Shown: positions 11,931-24,489 of the stretch, one piece after another
Layout of the letters: every line of letters begins with the position of its first letter
Position numbering within the stretch: position 1 is the first letter of the stretch
Source: Felis catus
Lineage: Eukaryota
Reading direction: 5' to 3'
NCBI RefSeq assembly: GCF_018350175.1
Contig: NC_058368.1
Location: forward strand, 24,368,001 to 24,432,000
DNA: 64,000 bases
Program-made: the position numbers and the translations under genes
Notes under the pieces: generated by a model
Seen by the model: only the letters and a program-made list of their open reading frames with translations
Database searches by the model: none
What the model was told of the DNA's origin: nothing

Positions 11931-14833
11931 GATTTCCTTATTTTCTTATATAACCAAAGCATTGATATGCGCATACATTTATTTTTTTAAGCATTTCTAG
12001 GCATGTTTTTGAAGGACTTTTGGGGTGGATATAAATACCTCCTGAGAGTTTGGTCAGGATAATTCTGAGGTATGAGATGTTCTGTACCATTTCCCAGAGC
12101 TTCCTCCAGGATTGAACTTCAGTCTTTCACTGTGGAGTGGCTTGAGAATGCGCCCCCTATTGGCCACCTTCCCTTTCTAGCCCTACCTTGTTATCAATCC
12201 CCCCGCAGGCTCCCTGTGCCCATCAAAGACCTAAGGGCCCTTCTCTCTATTTCAGGGTCTGTCCAGTTCCTTTAGGTATTGCCCACCTAAGACCACATGA
12301 CTCTAGGAACTGGACATTTTTCCAGAGGAGGCTTCTAAAATATCTTGTTGGTGGCTGTTCAGTGAATCTCCATTTTTTCTTTCAGCAAATAATACTATGC
12401 TGGGGAAAATGCATATCCTCTGGTACTAACAAAGGAAAAAAGACAGTACGTAAAGTTGTACTGTATAAAAATACATAGGGATGTCTCAAAGGAAATATTT
12501 CAAAAGTTTAACAGTTTCCTATAAGACAGGATTGCAGGTGACCTTCCCCAATCTCTTCATACTGTCCAAAGTTTCTATGATGAACCTGTATCACTTCGAT
12601 AAACAGAAGAAAAAAATTCCAAAATTAAAAAAACAAAAAACAAAACAGAAATGGTGAGGAAACTGGAAACTTCTTCCTAGACCTCATTTCAATGTGAGGA
12701 ATGCTTCTTCTGTGCTCAACCTGTTTTGTAAACCTCTTTTCCTGGCCTTGATCTGTCTTAGCTACTGGCATTAAAACTGGCCCCAAAAGGCTCAGTTTAT
12801 CAAATTTTATCCCATGAATATACACTTTCTTTTGTATCTCCAAAATCCTAAGCATAGCCAAAATACGTGCTGCCAGCACAGCCACAGGTGTTTCTTTTGT
12901 TCTTGTTTTTATGGCCAAAAAAAAAAAAAATGTATTTAGATTTAGCCAGTTGGACTCTTGTTTAGATGATCCCAATTTTGTTGGCAACATTGAAAGCATC
13001 ATAGTCATTTTTTTTTTTTTTTAACTCTAGAAACTCTAGTTGGTCAGCTCTGCCAGGATGCCTCCTGTACAGTGAACAGGACACATGCCTTACAATTGAA
13101 CTTGACCTTGCCTTGCTCTTCCTCACCTGATGTGAGCTTGAACAAGCTGTTTGAAGGCTCCCGGTCTTGTCTTTTCCTTACTAGTTTGTAGTCTTAATTA
13201 GAAATGATGGAAGTCCAACTTAAATGGATTTTATACAGTCTTAGCCTCTTGAAAGGACTCAGGGAGGGGTTGACTACCCAAGCTCTAGAAATTCCAGGCT
13301 CTTCCTACTGGAGCCAGGAGTGCAAACATCAGGGGTTTCTTCCCTGTTTCTTGTCCCTACATCTCTCTGAATGCCAGTGTTAACCTCAGGGTCTGTTCCA
13401 GGTTTTATGTCTTTTGTCTCCTGTCGTCAGGAAAAGAATTAAAATCTTGGGGAAGAGATTTAGTGCTCAATTTTGAATAAGGTGGCTGCTCTTGAACCAA
13501 CAGCCACGTGGGCAATGTCAGGTAAGAACCACAAAACCTCACAGCATAGGAGGCAGGGTTAGTTACTGGATGCGTGTAGTACGGGAGTATAGGAGTCCAC
13601 AAATTCTTTCCTGGTAGCATTTTGGCAAGAGTTTTTGAAATAATGTATGCAGGGTTCATTAATTCTCCTCACTGGCATCTTTTTGGGCCTCCTACAGGAC
13701 AAGCACTGTTCCAGGCAATGGGGGGGATCAGCAGAGAACAAAACAGACAACAGCGGCCTTGTTTTAAGGGAGCTTACGGTTCAGAAAAAAAACGCTCGCC
13801 CCAAACAGTAGCCACTCAATAAATAGTAACCATTAAGGTGGCCCACAAGTGTGTGAGCGTGAAGAGTAAAGGTAGCGGCTGAGAGTGGGCCTTGCTTCCC
13901 ACACACGCCCCACACTCAAGGACTACCAGGTCCTAAGAGAACCCCCCCACCCCCATCATACCTCCCCAGAGACCAGACTCACCTGGATCTGGGCTCTGCT
14001 AGCTGCCCTCCTGGGAAAGCTGGGAGGTTAGTTAACCAGCCCCACCGGGGTCATTGCTGCCTGGATCTCTCAGACGCCCCTGAGGTGGCCATTGGCCAGG
14101 ACTCGGTCTCTGGGACCGTCCCCAGTTGTGGCCAACGCCACATGGCTGCACGGCGCGGATGCCCCTGCCAGGCCCCCCGGTGCTCTGCTCCCGTGGCCTC
14201 GCCTTCGTTTGCCCCTCACACATTCTCCAGTTGTTCCAGCCAACTTACAAAGCACAGAGTCCATGAGTGCTGGTCCTGCATCACGTGCAGAAGCCTAAGA
14301 GAGCTACGATTTCAAGGTTCGGCACAGGAGCCACATCCCCAATCGGCACGCAGGGGGCCATGCGTCGGTTTTCTCAACTCGGCAGAAATAGATCTTAAAC
14401 GTGGAGACCCTGACACCGGTCCCTGCCGAGGCTGTCGCTCTCGCGTGTTGTGTGTGGTTGGGATGAGCGGACGGACACGGCCAGCCACTGTTCTCACCGG
14501 AATTCCTCAAGGCAGCTGCACGTCTACCAGAGACAGGCTGCTTGCGTGGGAAAACCCTGGCCTGGATTTGTGGGAGGTGTTCTCACGGCAGCCACTTAGC
14601 TCTCCGTGGGTCACATTCCACAGGGGGCAGTTGAGGAGAAAGGACTGGAGGCTGTGGTTCAACAACACCCACCAGAACCTTCAGGCTTCCTCAGTGACAC
14701 CTTCTGGAGCTGCCACCCAAGAGACAGGTGGAGAGTCCTGAGTCTACACTCCCACTCCCACTCATTCATAGCAACTCTGCTTTAAGTGCTCTGTGCTTCC
14801 AGGGAAGATTTTAGTTTGAAAGAAAATTTGTCA

Positions 14834-15040
14834 GGGGCGCCTGGGTGGCTTAGCCGGTTAAGCGGCCGACGTCGGCTCAGGTCACGATCTCACGGTTCTT
14901 GAGTTCGAGCCCCGCATCGGTCTCTGTGCTGATAGCTCAGAGCCTGGAGCCTGCTTCGGATTCTGTGTCTTCCTCCCTCTCTGCCCCTCCCCTGCCCATG
15001 CTGTTTCTCTCTCTCTCAAAACTAAACATTAAAAAAAAAG
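14834..15040 (+). mobile_element. Can-SINE
   Basis: GGGGCGCCTGGGTGGCT head; TSD-like aaa(t/c)ttgtca. Confidence 0.92.
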
Positions 15041-15209
15041 TTTTTTTTTTTAGAAAAAACTTGTCAAAAACAAAATATATATATTACATCCACACACTCA
15101 TACATATACACTACATAATTGCTACAATCTATTTCAGCAATGACACGCTAGGATTGCTTTTGTGACTACAATCAACCTTTGCATCAGATGGGTCAGTCAG
15201 TCAGAAGAT

Positions 15210-17643
15210 GGTTTGTACAAATTCAAAGTTTTAATGACTGTTAAATAATAAAAGAGAGGATATTCGCACTATGTACATTCTGTCCACTTAGGGACTCTCA
15301 GCTGGCCACGCACATTTTATTGCACATATAAACAGTGTACAAGGATCTTGAAGACGTCTTAGCCATACAAGGACTGCACGTAAAAGAAAAAAAAGCCATT
15401 GCACAAAGTATTGAAGCCATTTGTATTATACAGCCAACTTTAAGAAAAATACTGAAGATGAATATCCAAAGAAATATTTTAATTTTGGGGGAAAAAAAAA
15501 AAACCCTCTCAGAACAAGGATTACAGAGCTTCATGTTGCCAATATATACACGTAAAAAAATATCTCAGGACCCTGCATTCTGAATGCCCGTCAAGGTGCA
15601 GCAAACTAAGTTCCTATTTCTGTATCAACCTTGGCCTGTTGTTTACATTGAATACGCTCTTTGTCCAAAACGTCTTTTTTACATCATTATGCTATTCGAT
15701 AAAACAGGTATTTGTGCAGTACAGGAAAATATTAAAACATCTTTTAAGTTAGCTTAAAGTGCACAGTACATTTATTTGACAGGAAATAACCGCTAGCTGC
15801 CAATGCAAACGACCATTTTCAGTAACCCCTCCATCCTGCCCACGGCAGATGCTGGCATTGACCGACGGCAGTCGGTCCGCGGTTCAATGCACACCATCGT
15901 CCCGGTATCCTCTGCTCTGTGTTCACCCTTGTATTTGTCTTGTGAATTGTGGCTGCCGCCGCTCTAAAAACTTACAATGGCTTTTCACGGAGGCGAAGCT
16001 GCAGTCAGCCTCCATGAGACTTCGGAAGAGGAAGGGCTGGGATGGGCGAGTGCACGTGCACGTAACGGCCTCAAATAGGTGGTTGTGTCTGTTAAGCCTT
16101 ATGTGAATCTCTCCAACCAACACAGCTCCCTTGCCTTCGCTGGCTCTTCTCTAGTCGTGCTTTGATCGAACTTACTTTTCACTCCTTCCTAAGCCACTCC
16201 GTCTCCAAACGCCACTTACCTAACCTTCTCCAGAGCCTGCCTGGGTGTTCATGCGGCTGCCCCACCAACTCGCTAACTCACTTCCGCGGTTTCACACCAG
16301 AGACCGTGAATCCTGCAGCGTTTTCTGGAAGCCACCGACTAAATTACAATAAAGTGAGCACGCCTGCTTTTCTCACAATCGTTTCCTCCCTTAAGACTGG
16401 CAGTGGTAAGAAGTGCTGGTTTCCTGATCCGGGCCCTACGTGCCGTGCATAATTCTGGCTCACTCGGTCAGAGCCGTCCTTCATGAAGCTTTTTGGTTAA
16501 ACAATACATCTTTTTATTACCTCCACTTTCCGATGCCATTTCCTGATTATTTACCTTTGGCGTTAGACTTTCTTTCATTACCCAAGTTACAGTGCAAAAT
16601 TATACTTCAAGACGCACGATGCTAACACTTACTACTTCTCTGTGTTAAAAACGTGAATGTTTTGTGCATAGCAAAATAAGTCTGAATCCAAAAAAATAAC
16701 TGTTCACATTTCATCTTCAAGTTTAATGTGCCTTTTTTTTTTCCATCACAGCTATTTACAGATAACTTTGGGGTGCTCTCTCGATTTCAGTCAGTTCATT
16801 ACATGAGAGGACAACAGGGCTGCTGGAATGTAGGAAACTGGATGGAATGCAGAAATATAAATAAAACCAATGTTCGATGAACCGAAGTGGAAATAATGCC
16901 TCCCCAGAAAACAGTTCTTGTCACAGAAGCACCTGTTTTTTGGCTTCATTTTTTTGTTTGTTTGTTTCTGAGTCACAAACACCAGAAAACGTGATTACTG
17001 AGACCTACAACTACTGCACACCAAAGAGCATAGAAAATAATTCAATATTTATAATATTAAAATAAAGTGTTTAACCACAAAAAAGCAGTAATAAAATAGT
17101 TTCCTAATTTACAATTTGCATCCAAAGGATGAAATAACAACTCACTAATAAATAATATTTATATAAATATTTTGTATGTCGAAAATAGTTTTTTAAAAGG
17201 CAATGGTCTCAAGAAACGTCTTGAAAAATTTGGTGGTGAAAAACCTGATTGAGTTCCCCCCCCCCCCCCACCAAATACACAAGAAGTTTGGTTTGAATAA
17301 AACAAATGCGTCTTGTTGCAAAAACGGTTGTGCTTGGTGTTTCGGTAATGGCAGTAGGTGAGCGTAGGGATGGAAGGAGGTTGTAAAAGGCATCGATGTG
17401 CTGCTCAGTTCTTCACAGACAGCTCCCTCACTGGCTTTAAGGTAAATCTCTCTCATGTCTTAACAGTGGAGGTCAGTTCTGAAAGGCAGAAACATCTTCC
17501 CTTATGTCCTCCCTTCAATGCAACTAGAGCCAGGGAACTGACAGGTAGTGAGCGGGAGGGTAGGAGGAACAGGTGCTGAGAGCAGAGTTCAGGATCTCTG
17601 ACGAGAGACGAGTCTGAACCGACCCAAAGGAGAGGAGCTGGTT
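15210..17643 (-). other. LRCH1: 3' UTR of the LRCH1 distal last exon
   Basis: About 2.4 kb, SINE-free and partly AU-rich; AATAAA at 15316-15321 and ATTAAA at 15230-15235 on -. Confidence 0.65.
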
Positions 17644-17754
17644 TCATGTGAACAGAGACTTCGTTACCGTTACATCTAGTAATGCTTGAACAGTAATGCC
17701 CACTTTGACCAGGCCTTTCTCTTCAAGGATGTGATGGGGTAGACACAGTTTTTC
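17644..17754 (-). CDS. LRCH1: LRCH1 distal alternative last exon, soluble C-terminus (EKLCLPHHILEEKGLVKVGITVQALLDVTVTKSLFT*)
   Basis: Strong acceptor ttgttcttctcccttttag, 36 codons plus TGA in frame after GVPE; resembles the non-TM LRCH family C-termini. Confidence 0.93.
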   Translation of the reverse strand, partial: EKLCLPHHILEEKGLVKVGITVQALLDVTVTKSLFT

Positions 17755-19409
17755 CTAAAAGGGAGAAGAACAAAACATCAATTTTTAGATGACCGCAACA
17801 TAATCATAAAATCTTAGGACACCATTGACAGGAGCTGAGTTGAGCTCTGACATATGCCTGTCTGATCGTCTCAGACTGTGCTCTCTCCCTTGCTTTCAAC
17901 CCACTGGCAAAGATCTTTTCTGTATTTGCAGAGAAAATACTGATTTTTCACAAGTGGAGGTCGTTCCAGAAAGTCTCCCAATCATCCTGAAATATGCAAT
18001 AGATCCAAACATTTTAAAAAACATTATGGTAAATAACTGAGCTACATAGAGTCAGGTGGAAACCAAACACCGAGAATATATTAGCTTACATTCTTATAAA
18101 GCCAAATTGCCAGTAGCTTCTCACACATTTTAAGGGAACTAATATTCTCATTTATACACTGACCATGCACCATTATATTGACCATAAACCTTGATTTTAT
18201 TTGCTGTGATCTCTGAAATGGAGGCATGCTGGTGGACTGGTATCCTTTCTTCATGGTTTATCAAGAGCCTTGTAAATAAGTAATTTTAACCACAGCCTTC
18301 ATTAGTGTCTCTTTTAAGACTCTTTCGTAAAACTGTCAAAGACACAAATGTCCTGTTACTTCCTCATGTTGTATTTTTGCTCTTGGGAAATGGCCAGTAC
18401 GTGTGAGTCAAGGAAAATAATCGACACAAATCACTCCTTATGAGGAGAACCTTGCATGCTCAACCAAACAGTTTACAAAAGAACACAAGATAATTTCAAA
18501 CCTTTGTCATTTGGCTCGGGGAATGAGGGGAATCTCCTTGCTGAGTATGTCTCCTTGGCTAGGAAAAGAATCCACAGCAAACACTCCCTCTTGTCTACCA
18601 GATCATGGTATGTTCTCCACAGCCCAATGGCCACTGTTTTTAAGGGCAGTTTAAATGGCACGTGCATCACACCCCAGGCAACGGATACAGTGTTTAACAT
18701 GAAGCCAATCAGGATCTTGGACAATTCTTCTGCGTCTCATGTTATTTGTGCTTGAGGAACCAGATCCTCCTACTTCCTCAGTGCAGGACTCCCCATAAAT
18801 TACCACAGATACAGGCATTCTGTCCTCAGAAAGGTCTTTAAAGGACACGCCATGACATCTCAAGTAATTTGTTCCACTGTCTGCAAATGTCATCTTCCTA
18901 CACTCTCTCAACCACCTTTTTGCCCCTATCCCTATCTCCTTCCCTAACTTGTGGTAAATTAAGAGTATCTCTGACTCTCTCTGGCACCAGGTCTTAAGAA
19001 ATGGCCACATGTCAACACAGGACAACTGATTCTTTAAAGTACAATTTCAACCATTATTTCATGTGTCTGATCTGTATCATAATAGGATTATCTTGTCAAT
19101 GGCATATTAGGTGGGTGTGCAGGTTTATGCTGCTGGCCAACTTAGTAGCCACATGCCAATCTGAGAAAGGATGGGAGGTTCTGTCTGGGAGTCAGGAGCG
19201 GTCACTAGGACAGGATGGGCATGCCACAGCCGGACATCAGTGTATATCCTTCCCTGACACCACTTATCATGGCTTGTGAAATCACCCCAATCTGGCATTT
19301 CATTGCTAAGATTGGTTCCACAAGGGCAGGAGTGTATTTACTTCATTCTTATGATCCCCACAGCACATAAGTTGACATCCGCCTTTGTAGGAAATCACAA
19401 ATGGCCACT

Positions 19410-20090
19410 ATTATGGTTAAGCACCTGACACAAGGTATTACTTGGGGAAAAAATAAAGTCTTCTATTTACACCATATGCTAAAATCAATTTGAAATGAAT
19501 TAAAGAACTGTTTTTTTTAAATCATTAAATTTTTTTTTAATGTTTATTTTTGAGAGAGAGAGAGTCAGAGCACGAATGGAGGAGGAGCAGAGAGAGAGGG
19601 AGACACAGAATCCGAAGCAGGCTCCAGGCTCTGAGCTGTCAGCACAGAGCCCAATGCGGGGCTTGAACTCACCAACCATGAGATCATGACCTAAGTTGAA
19701 GTTGGATGCTTAACCGACTGAGCCACCCAGGTGCCCCTAAAGTGTTAACTTTTTTTTTTTAAATCAAACACCTCTCCTAATAAAACAGACATGAATATTT
19801 AGCATTTTCTCTTATAAATAAATGGAAAATTATCTAAGCTAAAAAATGGTATAAAAATCACAAAAGATAGAGACAACTGATTATGCCTTAAAGTTTAAAG
19901 CCTCTATGTGTCAAAAAAAAAAAAAAAACCCAAGCTAATTAAAAGATAAACAACTCTAAAAAAAGTATTTGCATCAAATTACAATGAGTTTTATATGACA
20001 CATAAGCTCAATAAATCATTGAGAAAAACAGTAAGAGATCAACTGAACACTAGGTGAGGAACACAAATAGAAATCTTAGAAGGAAGCATA
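19410..20090 (+). mobile_element. Degenerate L1M ORF2 fragment containing a Can-SINE (19530-19737, - strand)
   Basis: L1 motifs caccatatgctaaaatcaatt and aaagtatttgca; full SINE body inside. Confidence 0.7.
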
Positions 20091-21339
20091 TGACCGAGGC
20101 CATCTTGAAAGACACTTTGCTTCTTGACCGCAGTGTTTATTTATGTTTAGTCCTAAATGTTCCTGAATTTAAGTACTAATATTTCCACAGGGTCTAAACT
20201 GTGTACAACATGGCTTTTCTGGGGCTACGTGCCTTACCCTAAGTCCTGCTTAAGATTCAACATGTCTCCATTCATGACTGCCCTGGTCCCATTAAAGAGT
20301 GGTTCCAAGCTAGAGGTCATGGTTGGGAAAGGCTGGGGGCTCCAGAGACACAGGGATGGGAAAGTATTGAGGTCTCAGCCTCCTGCTGACAGGACTTCTG
20401 CAGACATCACAGGCTGAGTTCGCTTCACCCTCTCTCCCAGGTCTTTTTTTCACTTCCTGGTCTCACTTCCTGGTCTTTTCTCTCCCTGGTCTCCTTTTCT
20501 CACTTCCTGGTCTCTTCACTCCTAAACCTGGTGCAGAGTCCAAGGCTCTCCCTTCCACCCTTACGGTCGGCAATGAGAAGTAAACAGGAGACAGAAAAAG
20601 GTACTTTTTCACATCCTTCCTGCCTCTTCTTTCATTCACATGCCCTGAAGAAACCCGGAAGTGCCCTCAGATTACTTGGATGGAGTTGGTGGTAACCTAG
20701 GAAGACTGGCATGAGCTAGTAGAAACAAAAACATGGCAGTTCAGGCTGTATCATCACAGGACTGGGGTGAAGACTGATGGAATTATGAGCTGAGGCACTG
20801 CTTGACAGGCTGAGCAAGGACAGCAAGGAAGGCCAGAAGGCCATCTTCCACACACTGGACCTGCCACTGCATGTCCATGGGGGCATGGGGAGAGGGTCCC
20901 TGAAGTGACCTAGAAGTTGAGATGGGGAAGGAACTGCCGTAGAGTTATGGCTGGGTCAGAAGGGACAGAGAAGTGCCACCGAAACCGGTCTAAAATGGAT
21001 TTAAAGCGGGGATCACTGTACATTTACACGAACTTCAAGTGCATTTCAATTTCACTGTTAGAGAAGCCTAGTGGCTCTTCTTGAGAATGTGGCACCATTG
21101 CTGTGTTTCCTTTCAAAGCACAGAGCAGAGTCATGAAGTAGTATCTTACAGAAATATAACGCTTCTGATCCCCTCCGAAGAACATGTGCTTGCTGCTGCT
21201 TCTCCTATGGTGGAATCGGTAAGGTTCCCTCACATCCCCTCATCCAGCTCTTTTTGGAGTCACAGCAAATAGGACTGGAAAAGGCAGGCAAGCCAGAAAG
21301 ACTAAATGTGACCTTAGGAAGGCTTCCCGGGCCCCTTCC

Positions 21340-21530
21340 TACAGGCTTGGTGCCAATGCTACAGATTTACATCGCTTAATTCTTTACGACAACTGTGCAA
21401 GGTGGGTATAATCCCTCTACTTTACAGATGGGAAAATGGGGACGTAGAGAGTTTAAGTAACTCTGGCAAAGTCACACAGCTCTTAAGTACCGGAACCAGG
21501 ATCTGAAGATGAGCCTCACCTCAAAGCTGG
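21340..21530. mobile_element. MIR
   Basis: tttacagatgggaaaatgggga...agtttaagtaact...aagtcacacagct core. Confidence 0.75.
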
Positions 21531-22320
21531 GGCTCCTTCTACAACACCACGCTCCTTCCCAGAAATTCCTTCAACGGGGGAGTATGGTGCATCTGCGGCC
21601 CCTGGGACAGGAAGAGGCCTCTAGACCCTCGGAGTCCTATCCCGGTAACCCCCAACAAATTCAACATCGCGTGGGGATCCTCGTTCGGCTTCTCTTCAAA
21701 GACAGAAACAGACATCGATCGTGCCCTGGCCAAAAACGCCTCATGGGAGCAGCCCTGCCTGGCTGTCCTCTTTCTCTAGCTCCTCGTGCTCCCAAACGGC
21801 CACATGCCTCCTTCCAGGCCAGCCGCTTGACTAAACCAAAGTCATTTACATCAGCAGATTCCATATCGTTCAGTCTGTTGCTCACATGCAGGTTCCTGGC
21901 ACTGAAGTGAGTGAACCTACAACAAGACTGTCTGCATTATTTTCACACTGAGAGAGTTTCCAGTTCCTGCTCAGGAGGGTCAGTGTCGTCCAACTAAGAG
22001 GGAGACCACGTTAAACCCTTACAGACTGAGAGGGCGTCTCCTCACTCCTCATTTGATTCTCTGCTTTCCAGCCAGGCCATCTTCCAGTGCTTCCTCCCTC
22101 CAGAACGCCTCTTTCTCCACACACATCCGCCCCTTTTCTCACCTCCGCAGAACACATTCCCCCCCCCCCCCTCATCTGGCTATTCCTCTTCCAGGTCGCA
22201 GGGTACATGGCACAAGGGCAAGAAGGCTTCACAGACCGTTACCCATCAGGCTCCGATCCCCTGCCTTGTGCTTTGCAGAATCTCGTATCACACTGAATTC
22301 CATTTTATTTGTCCACTAGA

Positions 22321-22542
22321 TCAGGACTCCAAAGACCAGTGCCTGCGGGCCAATTCAGTCCATAGCCTGTTATTGTGAACAAAGTTTTATGGGGACACAG
22401 CCACGCCCCTTCATGTATGAGTCATCCATGGCTGCTTCCAGACCACAACAGGACCGGGTAGTTTGTGTAACAGATTGTAGAGCCCACAAAGCATAAAATA
22501 TTTACAATCTGGCACTTTACAGAAAAATTTTGCTGGCTCCTG
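22321..22542. mobile_element. MER58-type hAT-Charlie DNA transposon relic
   Basis: aaagttttatggggacacagccac...aaaatatttacaatctggcactttacagaaaaattttgc. Confidence 0.75.
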
Positions 22543-22577
22543 GTCTCGACTGCAAGATTTTCAAAGACGGGGTCATG

Positions 22578-22791
22578 GGGGCGCCTGGGTGGCGCAGTCG
22601 GTTAAGCGTCCGACTTCAGCCAGGTCACGATCTCGTGGTCCGTGAGTTCGAGCCCCGCGTCGGGCTCTGGGCTGATGGCTCAGAGCCTGGAGCCTGTTTC
22701 CGATTCTGTGTCTCCCTCTCTCTCTGCCCCTCCCCCGTTCATGCTCTGTCTCTCTCTGTCCCAAAAATAAATAAACGTTGAAAAAAAAAAA
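22578..22791 (+). mobile_element. Young Can-SINE
   Basis: Perfect TSD aaagacggggtcatg, intact CpGs, pure A tail. Confidence 0.95.
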
Positions 22792-23041
22792 AAAGACGGG
22801 GTCATGTATCATGGTCACCTTTTTATCCCCCAGGTCTACCACACAGCCTTACTCAAAGAGTGCTCATTCAATATTGAGGAATGAATGAATGAACACAGGC
22901 ACAAATAAAATCGCAGTGAAAAGCCAAGGAACTGGACCCTGATAGTCTCAAAGAAAAAAAGCACACATTCTATGTATCTGATTTTTTTATTGAGAACTAA
23001 TTTCAAAACTTGAAGCCTAATCTTAAAAACTAAAATCTCCA

Positions 23042-23230
23042 GGGCACCTGGGAGGCTCAGTCGGTTAAGTGTCTGACTTAGGCTCAGGTCATGATCTCAA
23101 TGGGCATTCGAGCCCTGCGCTAGGCTCTGTGCTGACAGGTCAGGGCCTAGAGCCTGCTTCGAATTCTGTATCCCCCTCTCTCTCTGCCCCTTCCCTGCTT
23201 ACACTCTGTCTTAAAAATAAATAAACATTG
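23042..23230 (+). mobile_element. Can-SINE
   Basis: SINE head, body and tail. Confidence 0.88.
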
Positions 23231-24489
23231 AAACAATTTTTTTTAAAGCCCAGAATCTCTTAAAATGGAATTAAAATATTTTTCAACTCAATCCAAAGCC
23301 ATTGGATTGAAATTTTAATCCACTGTCCATTCCTTTTACCCTGTAAGGTAAAAATCCTTTGATCTTATGACAGGGACCAGTGTGGAGTTTAGATGACCCT
23401 CGCACTAAATTTAATTTCTTACAAATAAACGGTATCAGGATATCAAGTGCCTTTTTTACCTGTTCTCATTGATGAACCTCCTACTTAGTTGTCTAACTTT
23501 GGAGTTCTACAGTGCCTCTCCCCCAGCCCCATTTCATAGGTGTCTCTCCCCAGAACTGTGAGCCACTTACAAATTATGAATCCATGAATAGAAGGAATGA
23601 AGAGACACATTAGCTGGGACACACTGTGGAAATCCTAACGCTGAGTGGCGAGCTGCCATCAATTGGGGCAGCAGGAGAAAGAGAACCTTCTATTTCAAAT
23701 AGATCTTTCTATTTCAAAGACAGAACATAAATAATTGGTTCTTTTTAGCAGGCATTGGAAGGAAGTACTAGGAAAATGGTCCTTCTTGTGTGAGGAAGGA
23801 AATTTAGGATTGCACGTACAAATCACACAACTAAATCCCCGACCAGCTCTCAGACGACAATCACATCAGCTTGCATCCCCAGTCACACTGTAACGGCAGG
23901 CATCACGAGAGCATATGAGTTGGTGTGCGGGTACTCTGGGGAAGAACCACGGGGGGGCTTAATATTCTGTATAGAAATGAACAGCTTGACAATGGGCAAG
24001 ACAGTTCATTCAAAGTTTTGCCTAAAGGGCTAAATTAATTGTGTTCTGCTAGTTACTATGCCTCCTGATTTAAAAAAAAAAAAATGCCATTCAACAGATC
24101 CCAAGAGGAGCAGCACGTCAGGGGACAGATACATTAATGACAGGAGAAATGAAAGCACATCCAAAGAATCTTTGAGGCCAGAACTGAAATATGGACAGAG
24201 CCAGAGAATGATGTCAGCTCAGCACCAAAAATTAAATCTGATCTCACATGATTGTTCTACTCTGTTTTGATTGATAGGATTTTCTTCCAAGTGCCCCCCT
24301 GTAAGTCATCTCCCTTCTTCCCTTTTGCCCCCCACCCCTCCCAAAGAAGAAACAAACCAAACAACAGTGATCATTACAGGGCAGCGTCAGTGCAAGGTAG
24401 AGCCAGATGGAAAAGCAAAGGCTGTTCTAGGTGGGCAAATCAGTGTATCGATGGGCCGATAAAAACCTGGAAGAATCACTTGAAATGTG

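Noticed and set aside
14617..14630. CTCF-like TCCACAGGGGGCAG
   Set aside because: 5' half of the motif fits poorly; too weak to report
14085..14741. 218-aa ORF on +
   Set aside because: No recognisable domain or exon structure; GC-rich intergenic sequence where long ORFs arise by chance
14834..14930. tRNA-like A/B box sequence (also in the other SINE heads)
   Set aside because: tRNA-derived SINE head followed by SINE body and tail; not a tRNA gene
22530..22842. Recurrent MAQSVKRPTSAQV... and GAPGWRSRLS... ORFs here and elsewhere
   Set aside because: Translations of Can-SINEs, not genes
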